Positions 43,166 through 58,260 of a stretch of 64,000 nt of DNA are shown piece by piece. Position 1 is the stretch's first letter. Each line of letters begins with the position of its first letter. Made by a program: the position numbers and the translations under genes. This DNA is from Eledone cirrhosa (lineage: Eukaryota): contig OZ024749.1 in NCBI GenBank assembly GCA_964016885.1, positions 47,182,001-47,246,000 of the forward strand, in the 5' to 3' direction. A model generated the notes under the pieces. It saw only the letters and a list, made by a program, of their open reading frames with translations, did not search any database and was not told where the DNA came from.

Positions 43166-46100
43166 CATTAATGCTATGTATATTCTCTTCAATAACTTGT
43201 ATATGGCTAGTTTGAACAGTGAATACAATGAACGATTTACATATGCACACCTATGTATTTTAAAATTTCTACATGAACGGAAAAGCCTTCAATACTTTAC
43301 AAATATCCCCCATTAGCAATAACATAATATGATGGATGGCGCAAATTTTACAGAAAATTAATTAGTAATCAATAACTAATTTAAACGCAGACGTAATCCT
43401 TATTTTCAATTGCCAGATTCGGAAAATCTTTAACGTACGTGCAAATATATAATACCTGTGAGTAAAGTTTTCCAAACAGGTAATGGGCATTTAAAATCAG
43501 CCTTACAGTATCAGTATATGTAAAATACAAATCGTGAAATTTAATCTGATATTCATAATTATTCTTCCCAGTGTTGTGAACAACAATACGTAAAGCTAGA
43601 AACGTATATGTCATACGAATGTTTCAAAATCTCTCATTGCATCTTTAGGGATTATACCAAAATAAAATCTGTTCAGTGTAATCAACCTAGGCGTGAGGAA
43701 AACCATAAACTGCCCACCAGGGAATTCTTCCGAAACATAGACAGGAGAGAAACTGTCAATTGCATTAACATGAAAAGAGACCACCAATATATTTTACCAA
43801 TTATCTCTGAAATACTCTGAACGTTAAATTGAAAACGCTAAAACGTAGAACCAGTCAGATTAAACTCATAAAATATTGGCTAACTCTGATTAACTGAAAT
43901 TTACTATATCGCGAAAAGACAGTTATATCTGTGATCAACCAGCCCAGTAGTGAGATCTTGTGCAATCACATTAAACAATATATTTCAGACAATTTCATCC
44001 ACCAGATATACCAGGTAAAGTTGGATAAAATTGCAGCCAATCACATCATATTCACATCAAATGTCACATGAACAGGGATAATAATATCTGTCCATGACAT
44101 AAAATATTTCACACTTATAAATAGTTAATGATGACTGGAAAAAGATGATCCACAGACGGAAAATTCTAACTACCATCTTACTTTTGTTGACCTTAGTATG
44201 ATTTCCTAATGATAGTCGATCACTAGGAATAACGGGTTGCAAAATCGTAAATCAACCTAATGGCGATAGAACAATTGCACAGGTACATCAACAATAACAT
44301 GAACATTGAATGCCTTACTTTCAGTGTTAGCGCGATAACTTGTTGGCCTCTTATCTCGCCATACGTTTGTGTGGGTGTGTTTGTAAATGCATAATTCAAA
44401 TGTAGCATCTTGCCCCTTCCTTCAGATTAGAGAAGGTTGAAACCGCACTAAATATCCTCTTAGTCCTTTCTTCTGTTTCTTTTTGTTTCACCCAAAGAAG
44501 GAAATATTAGAAAGCATACATGTAAATAAATTCTACAATTGTTTATTGATTTCAGATTCTTTATGTAATTTACGCTTTTGTAAATACATGTTCTTTGAAT
44601 CAATCAGCATGTAATACTATCGGCTATTCGAGAATTACGTTTATTCCACTAAGTATAACCTCGAACCTATTCATCCCGAATTTACTATGGCTTCATGCTG
44701 TGTAACATTGAAATAACCCCTACAAAAAAGGAAATTTCCAATCCACGCAACGTACAATCATTGGCAGAGTTACCCCATCGAAGTGGATTATTTTGTTATG
44801 TATTCAATTATTTGAAATGTGATGTAATTTATTACCGATACCTAGGTAATTGTTCGAGACACCAGGCTATGTTTCATTGTATTTTCAACATAGATTATAT
44901 TATTATCCATGGTGTTATATACTTCGTGTTTAGGAAAATCAGTGAATGCATCTACGAGCTCCTTACGATGCAGCACAATATACTTTAGAAATAAACAGGT
45001 TTCGTGGCAACTTTCATGCCTTATTCAAAACTAGTATCTACAGCAAATATACAAAATGAGTAGAAAAGAGAAAGTAACTTTACCAGATTTCGAAATAAAT
45101 AATGTGGGTAACAACAAATATGTCTGCAAATAAACATATAAATACATGTGTAACACGCAACATTTATGTGGCTTAATATACAGATACACAATACATCGAC
45201 ACACACATATATACACAGACATCTATATACTGATATATCTCTGGTTTGCGTCGGATTGTTTATAATTTTGAGAAAATTCAATACTGCGTATAGTATTACG
45301 GTATATTCAATCCTCCTAGCGGTTTCAGATTACCTGCTATTTACCTACATCATGGGAACTGAAATCGCGTTGCAATTATGGGGTTTGATCATAATAACTC
45401 TTTAGATGATCACTTGTATTTTTCCCCATTATTTCAGATTTTCCTATCAAATCTTTGAACGTAGTTCGGTTTTGTGACAAGGAAACAATAATTACATTAA
45501 TTAGGTAAAGATTACGTATATTCCGTTGTATGTAAATGCTTCGTTAGCGATCAAACTTTGTATATTTCGATTGCATTTTTGTATACATCTTAGCTTGTAG
45601 TTGAAAATATTATTATTTTTAATTAAAACTAAATATATTCTATCCCTTAAATTTAAATAAAATGCTATTAAAAAAACATGTATTGAATTTATAAATACAT
45701 TTCAATGCTTAACAAATCAGGATGTGATGGATTGAAAATGTAAATTTAGTTGATGCTCTTTTATTTTCTAACACCTGGAGAAAACATTCAGTGATGTACC
45801 GGTGTATTGCAGTAAATTTCTCTGCAAACATTATACATCGTCCTTTCAGATACATCAATGATACATGTCATTTGAATAATGCAGAAGTTATTTTCATCCT
45901 GGTGGTATTTTTCCGGATCCTAATATTCGTTTACAATTACTATTTTACTTTCTCAAGTTAACTGTTATATTACATATATTAACTTACTGCTAGACATATC
46001 TGCATTATATCAATACAGCAACATATTATCTTGGTTAGGTTTGTTGTAAACCAAATCTTCCATATAGTAAATGGTTTCGACTAACCTCCACATCTCCTCG

Positions 46101-49100
46101 TAAATCATAACAGTCAACTCATTCAGTAAAATTATATGATTAACACATGTTTATCACTGTTAATACCTTCTTCTATGATGGATATATTATGAGAATGTCT
46201 TGGTGTAATATTTAGACGTTAAGATTTGTATATACAATAATTGTTTCTACTTTTGACACAATAACGTTTATTGTACACTTATACATATTGTACACTTATA
46301 CATATAAAATTCTTGGTCGTATCAATTACTACATAGAAATATTTGAAAAGATCAAAAATCTAATATAATTATGAATTATAAAATATCAAAACACTGAGTA
46401 CACAATATAGTTCTACTTATATAATTCCAGCCATTTCAACACATATACGAACACGACTTTATCATCCTCAGGCCAAAACAATATTTATACAGATAAAATA
46501 TATCATTTAACAAAACATATACATTGAAATAAAATGTTGCCTACACAATGATGGTTTATAATGAACAGTCCAATGTCGGAATGTAAATATGGAGTAACCA
46601 ACTCCCTGCAATAATATATGTGTTTCTCGTAACTCGGAGAGACTCAGATTGAAATTTTCTCTAGAAATTGAATTATATGCATAGCTGGGGATTTCTACCT
46701 ATTATTATTTTTGCTACACCCAACAGTCCGTTCTGGGCGTGGAATTCAAATGTAAAACCTCAGAATTCAAAATATCTTTTCTCTGTCCGTATGGCTTATG
46801 AATTTACGGGGATGCATTGAACACCCCATATAAAATATATTATATCATGATAGTATATATAAGATTTACAATGCTAAATATGTTGCATAAAGCCATAAAT
46901 GCACATATATATGGAAATCGATACATAAGCAAATAAGTTTCAAATCAAATCGAAGTATCTAGATTGGGGCAAGTTATTTCTTCATGCACAGATTGGGATA
47001 TGAGATCGATTTCGAAAAGAAATCGAAATAAGAGTACATACTAACAGAGTAATAATATAGAGAGTGCGGTATGTGGTGATACAGAGGGAAGAATGATAAA
47101 TGTAGGAGATACAGGGTAGATATTATCAATCAATAATGCACTTGTTGACATTAGATGCAATTTATTTTTGATTACGTTCATATGAGACGACCGATTAACT
47201 GAATATCAACAATTTCTCAGATGGCATTAAAGGGTTTAAATGAGTACATTTGAAATCAATATCGTAACAATCCGATTATCGCAATGGACGCACACACATA
47301 CGCACAAGCATACGCACATATACACACAGATACATGCACACATATACTCAAACACACTCTCACATATATATAGAGAAAGGAAAATAGATTAATAAATAAT
47401 GAATATATATATACGCATTCAATTTTCTTTCTTTATCCAGGGAACATAATAACGATACATACAGTTATTCATTATCTTCTGCATTGAATGATGATAAAGA
47501 AAATAAATTAACATACGGAGTTATATTTTGTCTACAATTGTGCGTCTGTCTTTTATATATATATAGTTTCCTATTACTACTAAATCGTCAACGTGTTGTA
47601 ATATTATATTAAATGCTTTGACTGTATGCCTCTTACTGTTTCGTGAGGATTCGTTTATTTTAGCCTTAAAACTGAGTCGAATTATTGACGCAGGCGGTGG
47701 ACTCTATGCGTAGTATTCTTTTCGGGAGAATGCATGCTGTTGCAAAGCACACTGGTACGACGTATTCTGTCATCCTTGCTGTTAAAAAACGGAAACTTCT
47801 TTCAATTCTTATTTTATTTAGGACATTCTGAACACTTGTCTTTCAAATTCCTTTTCATAGCAGAATGTACTCCATAAATTTTATCTAACCATCCTCTTAA
47901 AGTATTTAATTTACACCATCGTGCATAGCAGAGATGGGCAACACCATTCCTTCCGATGATTTATCAACACTCATAAAAGAAAGGAAAATAGAAGGCAATG
48001 TGTTCCCACCACCTGGTGGTATTTAATCTACTCTAATGTATCATTCCAAAGTTGTGATTTTCATAAATATATGCATACCATTAGATGGTATAACTAAGCC
48101 AGCCTCACTTAAATGTGTATATCTAGGGCACATTTCCGATTATCTCTGAACGCAATACCGACTTGTTTGACAGAAATATATTGCAGGCTGGGCGTAGGAT
48201 CACACTATATGATGGGACTGTTCTTTATAACAGGGACATCAATTACTAATTATAATTATTCCCATGTTTATCATCTGTAAATTAACTTTTATATTCTTTT
48301 AATTTAACATATTTTGTTCACAAATATACGGTATATTCGAGAATCCCAGCGCATGTTTTTTATTGTTTTTATTTTGTGGTTATTTGTAATCCGTGTTTCA
48401 TTTCATTAACATCGAAATTGATGACGAATTGAAGCGTGTGCCAGTGCAATTACAAGAATGTAATGTACCGTGTTACTTTTGGTTGGAATTATCTTGGAGG
48501 TCATTTATATGTCAAGAAATCTCGCGGTGAATTAGGTATTAGTTTTGATGGAGTGCCTGTAATAGACGTCAAATTATGATCCCTGTACTATAACTTAAGA
48601 TCCACTGATTAAATCGATGGCATAGGGATTTAGAAGAAACACGTTTTAATGGAACTATGAACAAGAATAAATATGTGCTATATTTGCATATAGAGGTAAT
48701 GCATCACTAAAGAAATTAGAAGTGAAAGTTAGTCAGAGGGAATTGAAAATACAAATTAAATCAATGTACTGAATTCAAATTAATGATGCATCAGTTTATT
48801 AAATAATAATTTAGTTAATTTAGTTTATATTATTTGTCATTCTCTGACGCTGCTAAAACAAAAAAAAAGCATATCAAACAAGAGACAAAGAAATCAAATT
48901 GTGTCTTTTATAAATCGTCAAACAGTTTATATTGTTTCAGTCGTTTGAATGAGCTTGAACCCTCAGTTAAGATATACATGATTTAGAAAATAATTATTTT
49001 GCGAATTATAATTTATATAATATCAATGGATAATGTTTATGTAATAATGTTCAAATCCCGGGAGGGACTGGGCAACTTTCAGAAAAATAAGACATTGTCA

Positions 49101-49699
49101 CATAATGAAATGAAAGGTTTTGCCGTACAGTTTGCGATGTGGCGAGGGGACTGCTCTGTAAGTCTAGAGTATGACATTATGACACCTAGTTGTGGTAGTC
49201 AATTACACATAGCCACCATATGTAACGATGAAGGTGTGATTTCAAGCTCCATCAATAGTGGAGTACATTGTGATTGAGGGGTGTGGGTGTTGTTGGTGGC
49301 AGGATTTCAGGAGTGTTCTTGTTGATGGAGATGTTAGTACTGGGCTTACTGCTGTTGGTTGCAGAGGTAATGACAAGTATATTGGTAGTTTTGTCTAAGA
49401 CATTTATAGGTCAAGTATGAAATATTCGATTGCTGAAAGCTACCAGAAGATCAATTAACTTCAGTCATTGTGGCATTGACATAAATATGTGAAGTGGTTT
49501 GTCGAAGTTTAAACATAATTAGCAGTAAATTATTTTCCTATATACTTCGTCAAAAGTGCTTCACAGCTAACTACTTTAGACCACTCCACCATAACATACA
49601 CTACTCCATTCTACTTATTTGGTACAATCTAAGCCATATATTATTAACTTTGGTGGTTCATTTTTATAGGTGGAATCAATAAATAATCAATAGTACTTA

Positions 49700-49842
49700 C
49701 ATGGATGTAAGCATGAGTGAGAGTTTAGACAATTTACTTCAGTAACCTGGCGATTCGGTTTCGAATCTTAATGTACCTATATTTGAACTAGTTGTTTCTG
49801 TTATAACCTCAGGTTGAGTGGAATTCAGTAAAGGGAAATTGC
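49700..49842 (+). mobile_element. Highly degenerate SINE of a different family (possible)
   Basis: B-box-like ggtttcgaatc followed by ttgtttctgttataacctcagg..gagtgga..agtaaagggaaattg. The resemblance is recalled only. Confidence 0.35.
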
Positions 49843-50039
49843 ATAGTGACATTTCTTTATCTGTGGTCAATAAACACCTGTTTCCTCCCCGAGAAAGTGA
49901 ACTAGGAATGTAAGATATTGAACCATCTAGTTATACATAATACACACACTTACTTAAATACAATGACCCCCCCCCCGCACACACACATATACACACACAC
50001 ACCTATATATATATGTATATATATATGTATGGACATATG

Positions 50040-50072
<33 letters not shown>

Positions 50073-50080
<8 letters not shown>

Positions 50081-50624
50081 ATACTTGGGGAGGGTCATAT
50101 TTGTATAATATTGCCAGAATTAATTGTTTCTACTTTTGGCACAAGGCCAGCAATTATCCAGTGCATTACTGGTACTTTATTTTATCGACCCCGTAAGGAT
50201 GAAAGGCAAAGTTAACCTCGGCGGGATTTGAACTCAAACCATAAAGGGGCGTAACTCTTTGCTGCAAAGCATAGCGTCAGACCCTCTACCGATACTGCCA
50301 GAATTAATAACAGAACACACTCACTGTTTGGTTGGTTTTCTTCTCGCTGTCTTTTATATCTGCGATCTAACTTACTCGGTCAGTCAATGTTGCCATTGAC
50401 TGACCGACGGTCAAAAATATTATTTTTGACCGTCGGTCAGTCAATGGCAACATTGAGGACCGAGTAAGTTAGATCGCAGATATAAAAGACAGCGAGAAGC
50501 GAAAACCAACCAAACAGTGAATGTGTTCTGTTATTAATTCTGGCAATATTACACAAATATGACCCTCCCCAAGTATAACAATATTTGTTTCGAGACACGA
50601 TTTCATAATAAAAACCTCGCTAAA

Positions 50625-50627
<3 letters not shown>
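50073..50627. mobile_element. Fold-back PLE-end element (palindrome centred at 50420) with a SINE in the left arm and a 3' tail on the right arm only
   Basis: Arms 50073-50124 plus 50296-50419 versus 50421-50584. Terminus gaccctccccaagtataacaatat and tail ...acacgatttca.a..aaaa.c..gctaaac match 39733-39795. Confidence 0.85.
50122..50300 (-). mobile_element. tRNA-derived SINE with 13-bp TSD
   Basis: TGCCAGAATTAAT at 50112-50124 and 50296-50308. Confidence 0.93.
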
Positions 50628-50681
<54 letters not shown>

Positions 50682-51784
50682 ATATATATATGAATACATA
50701 TATATATAGAGAGAGAGAAATAGGGGAAAGTGGGAATGAGAAAGAGACATAGATCGATGATAGATAGGGAGCTGGGTGATGGATATTTGTGTATCATTTA
50801 ACATCAATTCAGTTGATCTCAAATGCATCATCATTTAAGCAATATAAAGAATATAGTAGAATTCATTTTAGCATACTCATAATGCTGCCTTGTCACCTGT
50901 ATGGAAGGGTTGTATTGTAACGCTTCGTAATAGATGAGGTAGTTGCATGTCCCTGTGGATGTTATGTTACTAGCATGCCAAATCATTTTTCTAACATGTG
51001 AAAATCTATTATATCTTAGTGAAGGTGACTCCGTTGTGTAACGTTTTTTTTATGTTATATAAAATTGCTTCAGAATAAGGAGGGTATCTATTACTGACAG
51101 AACGGAAATACTATTTCTCAGGAAAATCGTGAGCTATCTTCTTTTTTAAAGTAACATGTTAATGTTTTTGTTATTTTCATCGCTGTAACCTATAGTATTA
51201 CAGAAAAACAACCCGTGTGTGCAAAAATATATGAATTGAAAATAGTTTCATGAGATCATTTCAGATATATCAATATACATCCTATCATATAATTATGTTG
51301 ACCCTTACTATGTAATAGGATTAAACACAAGAGGACAATTTTACTATCATACGTGGTTGTAAAACACTCTTAAAATCATAACTGATCTTTTTTACGAACC
51401 ATAGATTAACTGGCTAATGTTATCAATAGGTTAGCGATGCTGGCGTGGGGTATATAATTAATCGATTGTGAAGGTGATATTTGATACACATCATTGCGTA
51501 CTATACTAGCTTGTACCGATATTATATCAGAGTGACTCGTCTGTATGCTAGCCATACAATAGAAAATGTACGTAGTAACTACTGATTGCTGTGAACTAAC
51601 TTTAATATAAGCGTAATAGACGATTCTAGAAGCATTGGAATAGACGTTCGAGGAGAACATGAAAAATGTACTATATTAAATAATAAGTGAAGTTGGTTTC
51701 GAACCAAATGATAGAAATAAACAAATGAAATGTTGCAAACCAACATAAGACACGCACATAATATATATATAAGTGTGTGTGTTC

Positions 51785-51839
<55 letters not shown>

Positions 51840-52305
51840 TATGGTGTCACATTATATATTCAGGTAAACTGAAAATGGATAAATGAGATTAATATTTCAT
51901 GGTATATAAGATGGCATATTAATATGTCAAGGGATGTCTATAGTTATAAACGTATACGGATAATTTAGAAAATAGATGCGCATAGAAAGCAGATATATAC
52001 ATATTTTGAGAAAAAAATGCTAAACGAAATTTAAAGTTGGTGGCAAATGCCGACAGTTCGTGGTTAATAACGTTATCTAGGAATAAAATGAAATAATCTA
52101 GTTAGTCGTTGAATGAAATAATAATATTTTAAGTAACTAAGGTACGTTGACGTATAAATAATGAGCATTCAATTCACGAACTTATCGACTATGGAAATGT
52201 AAGGAATATTAAAAAGAAATTGATATTTAAATACAAAATATGTGTGTGACAGTATATACATATAATTCAATCTATACACACATACATACATACACACACA
52301 CACAA

Positions 52306-52346
<41 letters not shown>

Positions 52347-52494
52347 TACACACACACATACACACACACACACATATGTACATATATATATGTCGTGTCG
52401 TGAAGTACGAAATTATTAGAAAAAACACATTTGACCATATGCCTCACTAAAAATGTCATTCTTAATGGCACCATATATATATTAAGAATGAAAT

Positions 52495-52567
52495 CTGAAC
52501 AACTAGTTCGGATCTAGCTGTCGAAACGGACGGGGCTCGGCCGTCGGCTTCGTGGCCCTAATCCTAT

Positions 52568-52570
<3 letters not shown>
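52495..52570 (+). mobile_element. Diverged fragment of the 23820 hammerhead-half family
   Basis: ctagctgtc-GAAA-cggacggggctcggccg-TC; ends tcctattac before (TA)n. Confidence 0.55.
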
Positions 52571-52610
<40 letters not shown>

Positions 52611-52613
<3 letters not shown>

Positions 52614-52773
52614 ATATTAATAAATGGAAACTATATTTATAAAACCATAATTATTTTATTATATGTATTTCAAGTGCGACCAGGGTAAATTAGGGTGCGC
52701 TTTCATTAGATAAAATACATATTGTTTTATAAATAAATATTGACATACCCGGAAAAAAGTCAACCTCAACGGT

Positions 52774-52777
<4 letters not shown>
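52611..52777 (-). mobile_element. Solo, diverged copy of the 29279 hammerhead family between TA tracts
   Basis: Collinear with 29283-29445; core mutated to CTAATGA. Confidence 0.75.
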
Positions 52778-52848
<71 letters not shown>

Positions 52849-52900
52849 CTCTTTGGATTTTAGTCTTCAAATTTATTATTATTACTATATATATATATAT

Positions 52901-53039
52901 AGTGCAGAATTAGCAGTCGAACCGGCTTGAGCTCAGCCGTCGGGGTCTTACTTGTTCCTATTACCCACTGTACTACCCTAAGTATTGAGTACTTTGGTAC
53001 GTTATGGTCCATCTGGTTCCTTACCACATTTCCTTCGTT
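52901..53039 (+). mobile_element. Fragment of the 23820 family with a ~75-nt 3' extension, between TA tracts
   Basis: cagaattagc.gtcgaa.cggcttgagctcagccgtcggggtc..gttcctat matches 23940-23996, then continues. Confidence 0.7.
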
Positions 53040-54859
53040 ATATATATATATATATATATTAAGCAAACAAAGCACACGATGCAATTTTACACAGTTATAT
53101 ACAATTAAATCAACTTTTCGGACATATGTTCTCCCTCAGGACAGTTAGTTAAAGCAGAAAACGAATACATGAATTGGTAGTGTGAGAAGGTTGGAGAACG
53201 ATCTTAAAACATGGTGATCGGGAATAATGGATGATGGTACCGGCTTGTGGAGCCAGTATGGTTTGTAACGTGATAGCGTTGGTGTGGTTGTGTGACTATG
53301 GACGTGTAGATATATATGGCTTGATTCTATGTGACCTAGAATCTTATGAAGTGATGTGTGCACACTGGTATGGTAGTGTGTGTATGCATGTTGTTGTGTG
53401 AACATATGAGTGTGTGTGTTATCTGAAATGTCTATGTCTGCGCATCTGTCCGATTGCGGGCGTGTGTTGAATGAGTGTGTGCGTGAGTGTATCTACATGC
53501 GGGCCTGTATAGGATATTTTCTCATGTGAGTGAGGGTGTACGTATTATGTGCGTATATGTCTATGTTAGTGCCTGCTAATGTGATGTTTCTATTGATTTA
53601 CGGATGTAAGTGTGTTCTTTGGTGTATGTGCATGTTGTGTTCACAAGTGTTTTATTCGCTCAGGGATGATATATTGTACAAGTGTGTGAGGCTAGATATG
53701 TATATGTTTATGGATGTGTAGGTCCGTGTGTGTGTTTTTTTAGCGCATTAACAATATAGGAAAAGACGACGACAGGGAGCCAGATACCATTTAGCATATA
53801 CTTTAGCACTCCAGCGTTGGATCCAAGAGATATCGGCTCTGATTCCTTAATGTCGAGTTTTTTTAAACGACTCCAGGCAAAACTTACCCGATTTTGTGAA
53901 TCATCTTTATAGTGGTCGCTTAATATTGTAGAGATCTACTATGTTTCTATCTATCTATATATCTCTATCTCTCTCATTCTCTCGATCTCTCTCTCTATAT
54001 ATAGGTATACATTCGTTTGTTTCTATATGTGTGCGTCGGTTTCTTTGAATATTCGTATATAATGTGTGTGGTGGCCTCATATGGGCGGCGTAATGAACCT
54101 ATTATTGAATGTGTGAAATAAATCTGGAGCTGAGAATCTAGAAATACCTCGAGATTGTTGAATGTTTTCCGAAAGAAACGAGAAATAGGATATTCCTAAT
54201 AACATAAAATGGCTAAATCGAATTACTGATATATATGAAGCTTGCTTTGGATAGGTTATATATCCTACCTTAATGGCAACCACATATTCCAAATTGTTAC
54301 TGACGTACATACATCAACAGGATGAAACATTATTTATAAAAGAATGTTCTATTTTGGGAGTATTAATTTTATTTATATATTTTTTCTTTATTTCACCCCT
54401 TTATATCAATCTAAATCTATTTACCAATCCTTATATTATCGATAAAAAATTACCTCAAAATATCTCTTATCGGAAAATACTACTTTTCCCATTCACGAAT
54501 CACCTCCTCCATTTATTACTGCGTATCTTTTGCTTTCAAGATCACGGATTTCGGGCTATAAATAAATTATTTCACTACGATTCAACCCTATCCTGTTTAC
54601 GCAATGTCATGATATATCCACCACTACCTTATTAATCATATTAAAGTAAGTATTTGATTTACGTTGATATTATCACTATCCACCGGATATAGACTAATAT
54701 GATTTTCTGTTTTCATTCTAAAGAAAATATATGTACATTAATGTATTAGATTATGACAGTTTATTCTATATCTAAATCTACATATAATTGTAAAGAGTAA
54801 AATAATAGCTATGATACTAAATATAAGATATATGAAAGTAAAGCATTAAATGCAATTCA

Positions 54860-54911
<52 letters not shown>

Positions 54912-55147
54912 TTATTTATTTACTTAAATAGGTTTGTTGGTTCACCACTGGAAAGAGCTGGTCACTCCGTATGGCCAACCTCGATGTAATATTATGGAGA
55001 GCACTCAACGCAATGCAGTTACCCGTCTTCGTTTGTGAATTTGGGGGCGGCCGAGCGAGGTAGAAGCTGCTAAGTGTTCGGTCGCCCTCATGTCTCTGAT
55101 TTTCAGCCCCATGGATTTTGCCTCTTCTATTCCTTTTTTATATTCTG

Positions 55148-55207
55148 AATACATGATGATGTCACCGGATTCATATTGTACCCGGTCATTGAAATGGTCA
55201 TAGTATT
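55148..55207 (+). ncRNA. Degenerate hammerhead-like motif upstream of (TA)n
   Basis: AATAC-ATGATGA-TGTCACCGG..CCGGTCATT-GAAA-TGG-TC-ata-GTATT. The core C3 is missing. Confidence 0.35.
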
Positions 55208-55250
55208 ATAAACTTTCAAGGAATTTACATCAGTCCAACCTCCTGTTATT

Positions 55251-55342
<92 letters not shown>

Positions 55343-55456
55343 GAGATGGATAGATAGACAGATAGATAGAGAAATAGAGAGATATATATTTAGCAAATGA
55401 GTACCTATGACAAAAGAAATGACATTTTACACATAGGGTCAGTAGAAAACGGAATT

Positions 55457-55561
55457 ATAATTGTTTCTTCTTTTGGCACAAGGCCAGCAATTATCACAGT
55501 GTATTACTGGTACTTTATTTCATCGACCCCGTAAGGATGAAAGGCAGAGTTAACTTCGACG
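55457..55561 (-). mobile_element. 5'-truncated SINE with ~9-bp TSD (aattataat)
   Basis: 3' half of the family consensus. Confidence 0.88.
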
Positions 55562-57154
55562 TAATTATAATGGCATATAACAGAAAAAAAAAATAATTAT
55601 GCACAATTATGCACAATTAGCGTCATTACTATTTCGTCAAGATCATTATATGTAACATAAACATTATCATGAATACTCTCATCATTCTCATCAGTATCTT
55701 ACCCTTCATTAACATCATCATCATCATAATCATCATCATCTGCAGCAGAACCATTTTCTTCACAACCATCATCATCAATATAATCATCATGTTGACATCG
55801 ACGTTGTCATTAACAGCAACATCATTACCATCATGATTACTACCATTGTCATCAGATTGTATTGTATTTTTAAACAGGGCGTTGGATGATGTCCAGATAG
55901 TATTCCTGATTAATTTGGCTTTAAGCGATTGATAATATAACTAGTAATTTTAAACGCAAGTCTGGACGGCCAAAAATAGTAACCTCTTCTGCTGAGCTGT
56001 TTGGAGCAACGGGAGATATACATCTAGATATAAATGATTAAAGGCATCTAGTAACCTATTTGTATTCAGAAGTATGCCAAACAACAATATATTACGGAAC
56101 AATATCACATACAATATTGCAAATTGTATGTTACAGTTGATCAGTTACATAATATACTATTCCCATCCACGTAAGAGGCCTCGTATGCAATTAATGGATT
56201 GCTGTTCAGTTTCCGGCATGTAAACATTTACTAAACCATTGTGTATTGGGATACAGTATTAATGGAAATTAACGATACAGAATTAAGAAAAAAAGAAAGC
56301 TTTTTTTCAAATCAGAGGAAAATAGAAAAATAAAGAAATAGTAAATGTCCCACATTCGCGCCCTAAATATTTCTCTATAACCTCCAGTTTTAATATATTG
56401 AAACGTATTGACAACTTCAGATAGTCTTCACTTTCAATTTAATTTAATTTAATTGTAACAATAATATGAACGAATGTATTGGAGATCATGCCAGTTAAAT
56501 TTACAACATAAATCCATAAATCCGTGTTGATATTTTCCTGACCTGTTTATCTACATAATCATTGCTGATAGAATATCCCGATCCCAATACTGTATATATA
56601 TTTCCGCTGAATTCACATCATATTATATGATAACGGCATAATATATTGATAAATATTTGGTCTACCCACTATGTAGAGTGGTAAATAAAATTTATGCATT
56701 TATATTATTGACTAAATATAATGTTCGGACGAAAGAGTCATTTGATAGAAACATGTCAAAAGTTAGAGATACATATCATTGATATTCATACACATTTTGT
56801 CACTCATTCAGAATTACATTTGAATCAAAGATTTATGATCTCTTTTTAATGTAAACGGACGGAAATAGCCATGTCCTGCAAGAGGAAGTTAGAATTTATT
56901 GAGTACTATCAGGCTATATATGCTAGATAACGATATTAGCAGTTCACCTATATCAGATGAAATCATATTTATGCTTGTAAGTCTATTGCTATCATGGGTG
57001 AAGCGAGTTCTTTTTGGTTTGACACTTATAGCTCAAGAGGAACATTATTATCTACCTTATATCAGCGAGAATCAGTGAGCAACTCTCAATTAATATTCTA
57101 CTATTTTAGTTTAGAGATGCTTTTAATGTAGTCACGTACAGGAGAACATTATTA

Positions 57155-57440
57155 TGTGAATTGGCAGTATCGGTAGAGGGTTGGACGCCATGTTTTCTAG
57201 CATAGTTACGTCCCTTTACAGTATGAGTTCAAATCCCGCCAAGGTTGTCTTTGCCTTTCATCCTTACGGGGTCGATAAAATAAAGTACCAGTAATGCACT
57301 GGGTAATTGCTGGCCTTGTGCCTAAAGTAGAAATAATTATTATGTTAACTTTGCCTTTCATCCTTACGTGGTCGATAAAATAAAGTACCAGTAATGCACT
57401 GAGGAATTGCTAGCATTGTACCAAAAGTAGAAACAATTAT
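57155..57440 (+). mobile_element. SINE followed by a tandem 3'-half copy (~57344-57440)
   Basis: Family match twice. Confidence 0.9.
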
Positions 57441-58072
57441 TTTGTTCGTTGTTCTGAATGTACCAATAACTTAATTTTAATGCATATAATGAACTTATTT
57501 ATTCATCACTCCAAGCTCTACACCTTGTTTTATTATGGCTGCCTTCATATATCCATCACCGACTGACGTTGTAGTGGAATCGAACTTAACAGAGAACATA
57601 GTCCTTGGGTGTGTAACGTGTCATATTCTTCATTAAATGGAAATAATTGTTCATTCAATGAGACACTGGGTCCAGAATCACTTTATTACACTTAGAAATG
57701 TTGCTTAAAGAACTCTGCAAAATTAGTTACTTCTGGCAACAGTATTATTCTTCGCCAGATATGTTTCTTGCTGCTTCAAACCACAATATTGATTATACGG
57801 AACATTGCACTCATTTCATAGTGTTGCGTCAGGGATATGTATACTCTCCGATCTTGTTTCTGGCAATAGGTTAATTCCTCATGTACAAAGTGTATTGGTT
57901 CTCATTATCCATTTAAATAGGTATACATGACATTCTTCACAGTAACTTACTCGCTGAACGATTTCAGAGCCACATATCATATCTAAGCTGCATCTATGAT
58001 GTTTAGACCACAGAGATTTCATACTTCATGGTGTATATTATATAGATCGTTTGGCCATGCTATGCGGTAAAT

Positions 58073-58260
58073 CATTGATTCTACTATTGGCTCAAGGCCA
58101 GCAATAATCCATGTGCATTACTGGTACTTTATCGTATCGACCCCGTAAGGGTGAAAGCCAAAGTTAACCTTGGCTGGATTTGAACTCAGAACCTAACGGG
58201 ACGCAACTATACTGTAAAGCATGGCGTCCGATCCTCTACCGATATTGCCAATCCGCCGCC
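58073..58260 (-). mobile_element. tRNA-derived SINE, full length
   Basis: Family match. Confidence 0.9.

Noticed and set aside
45770-48540. Cys-containing peptides faintly like PAN, sushi or C-type lectin pieces (also EGF/lectin-like hints near 27500-27660, 30030-30230, 57720-57830)
   Set aside because: They need frameshifts or contain stops; indistinguishable from chance without a homology search.
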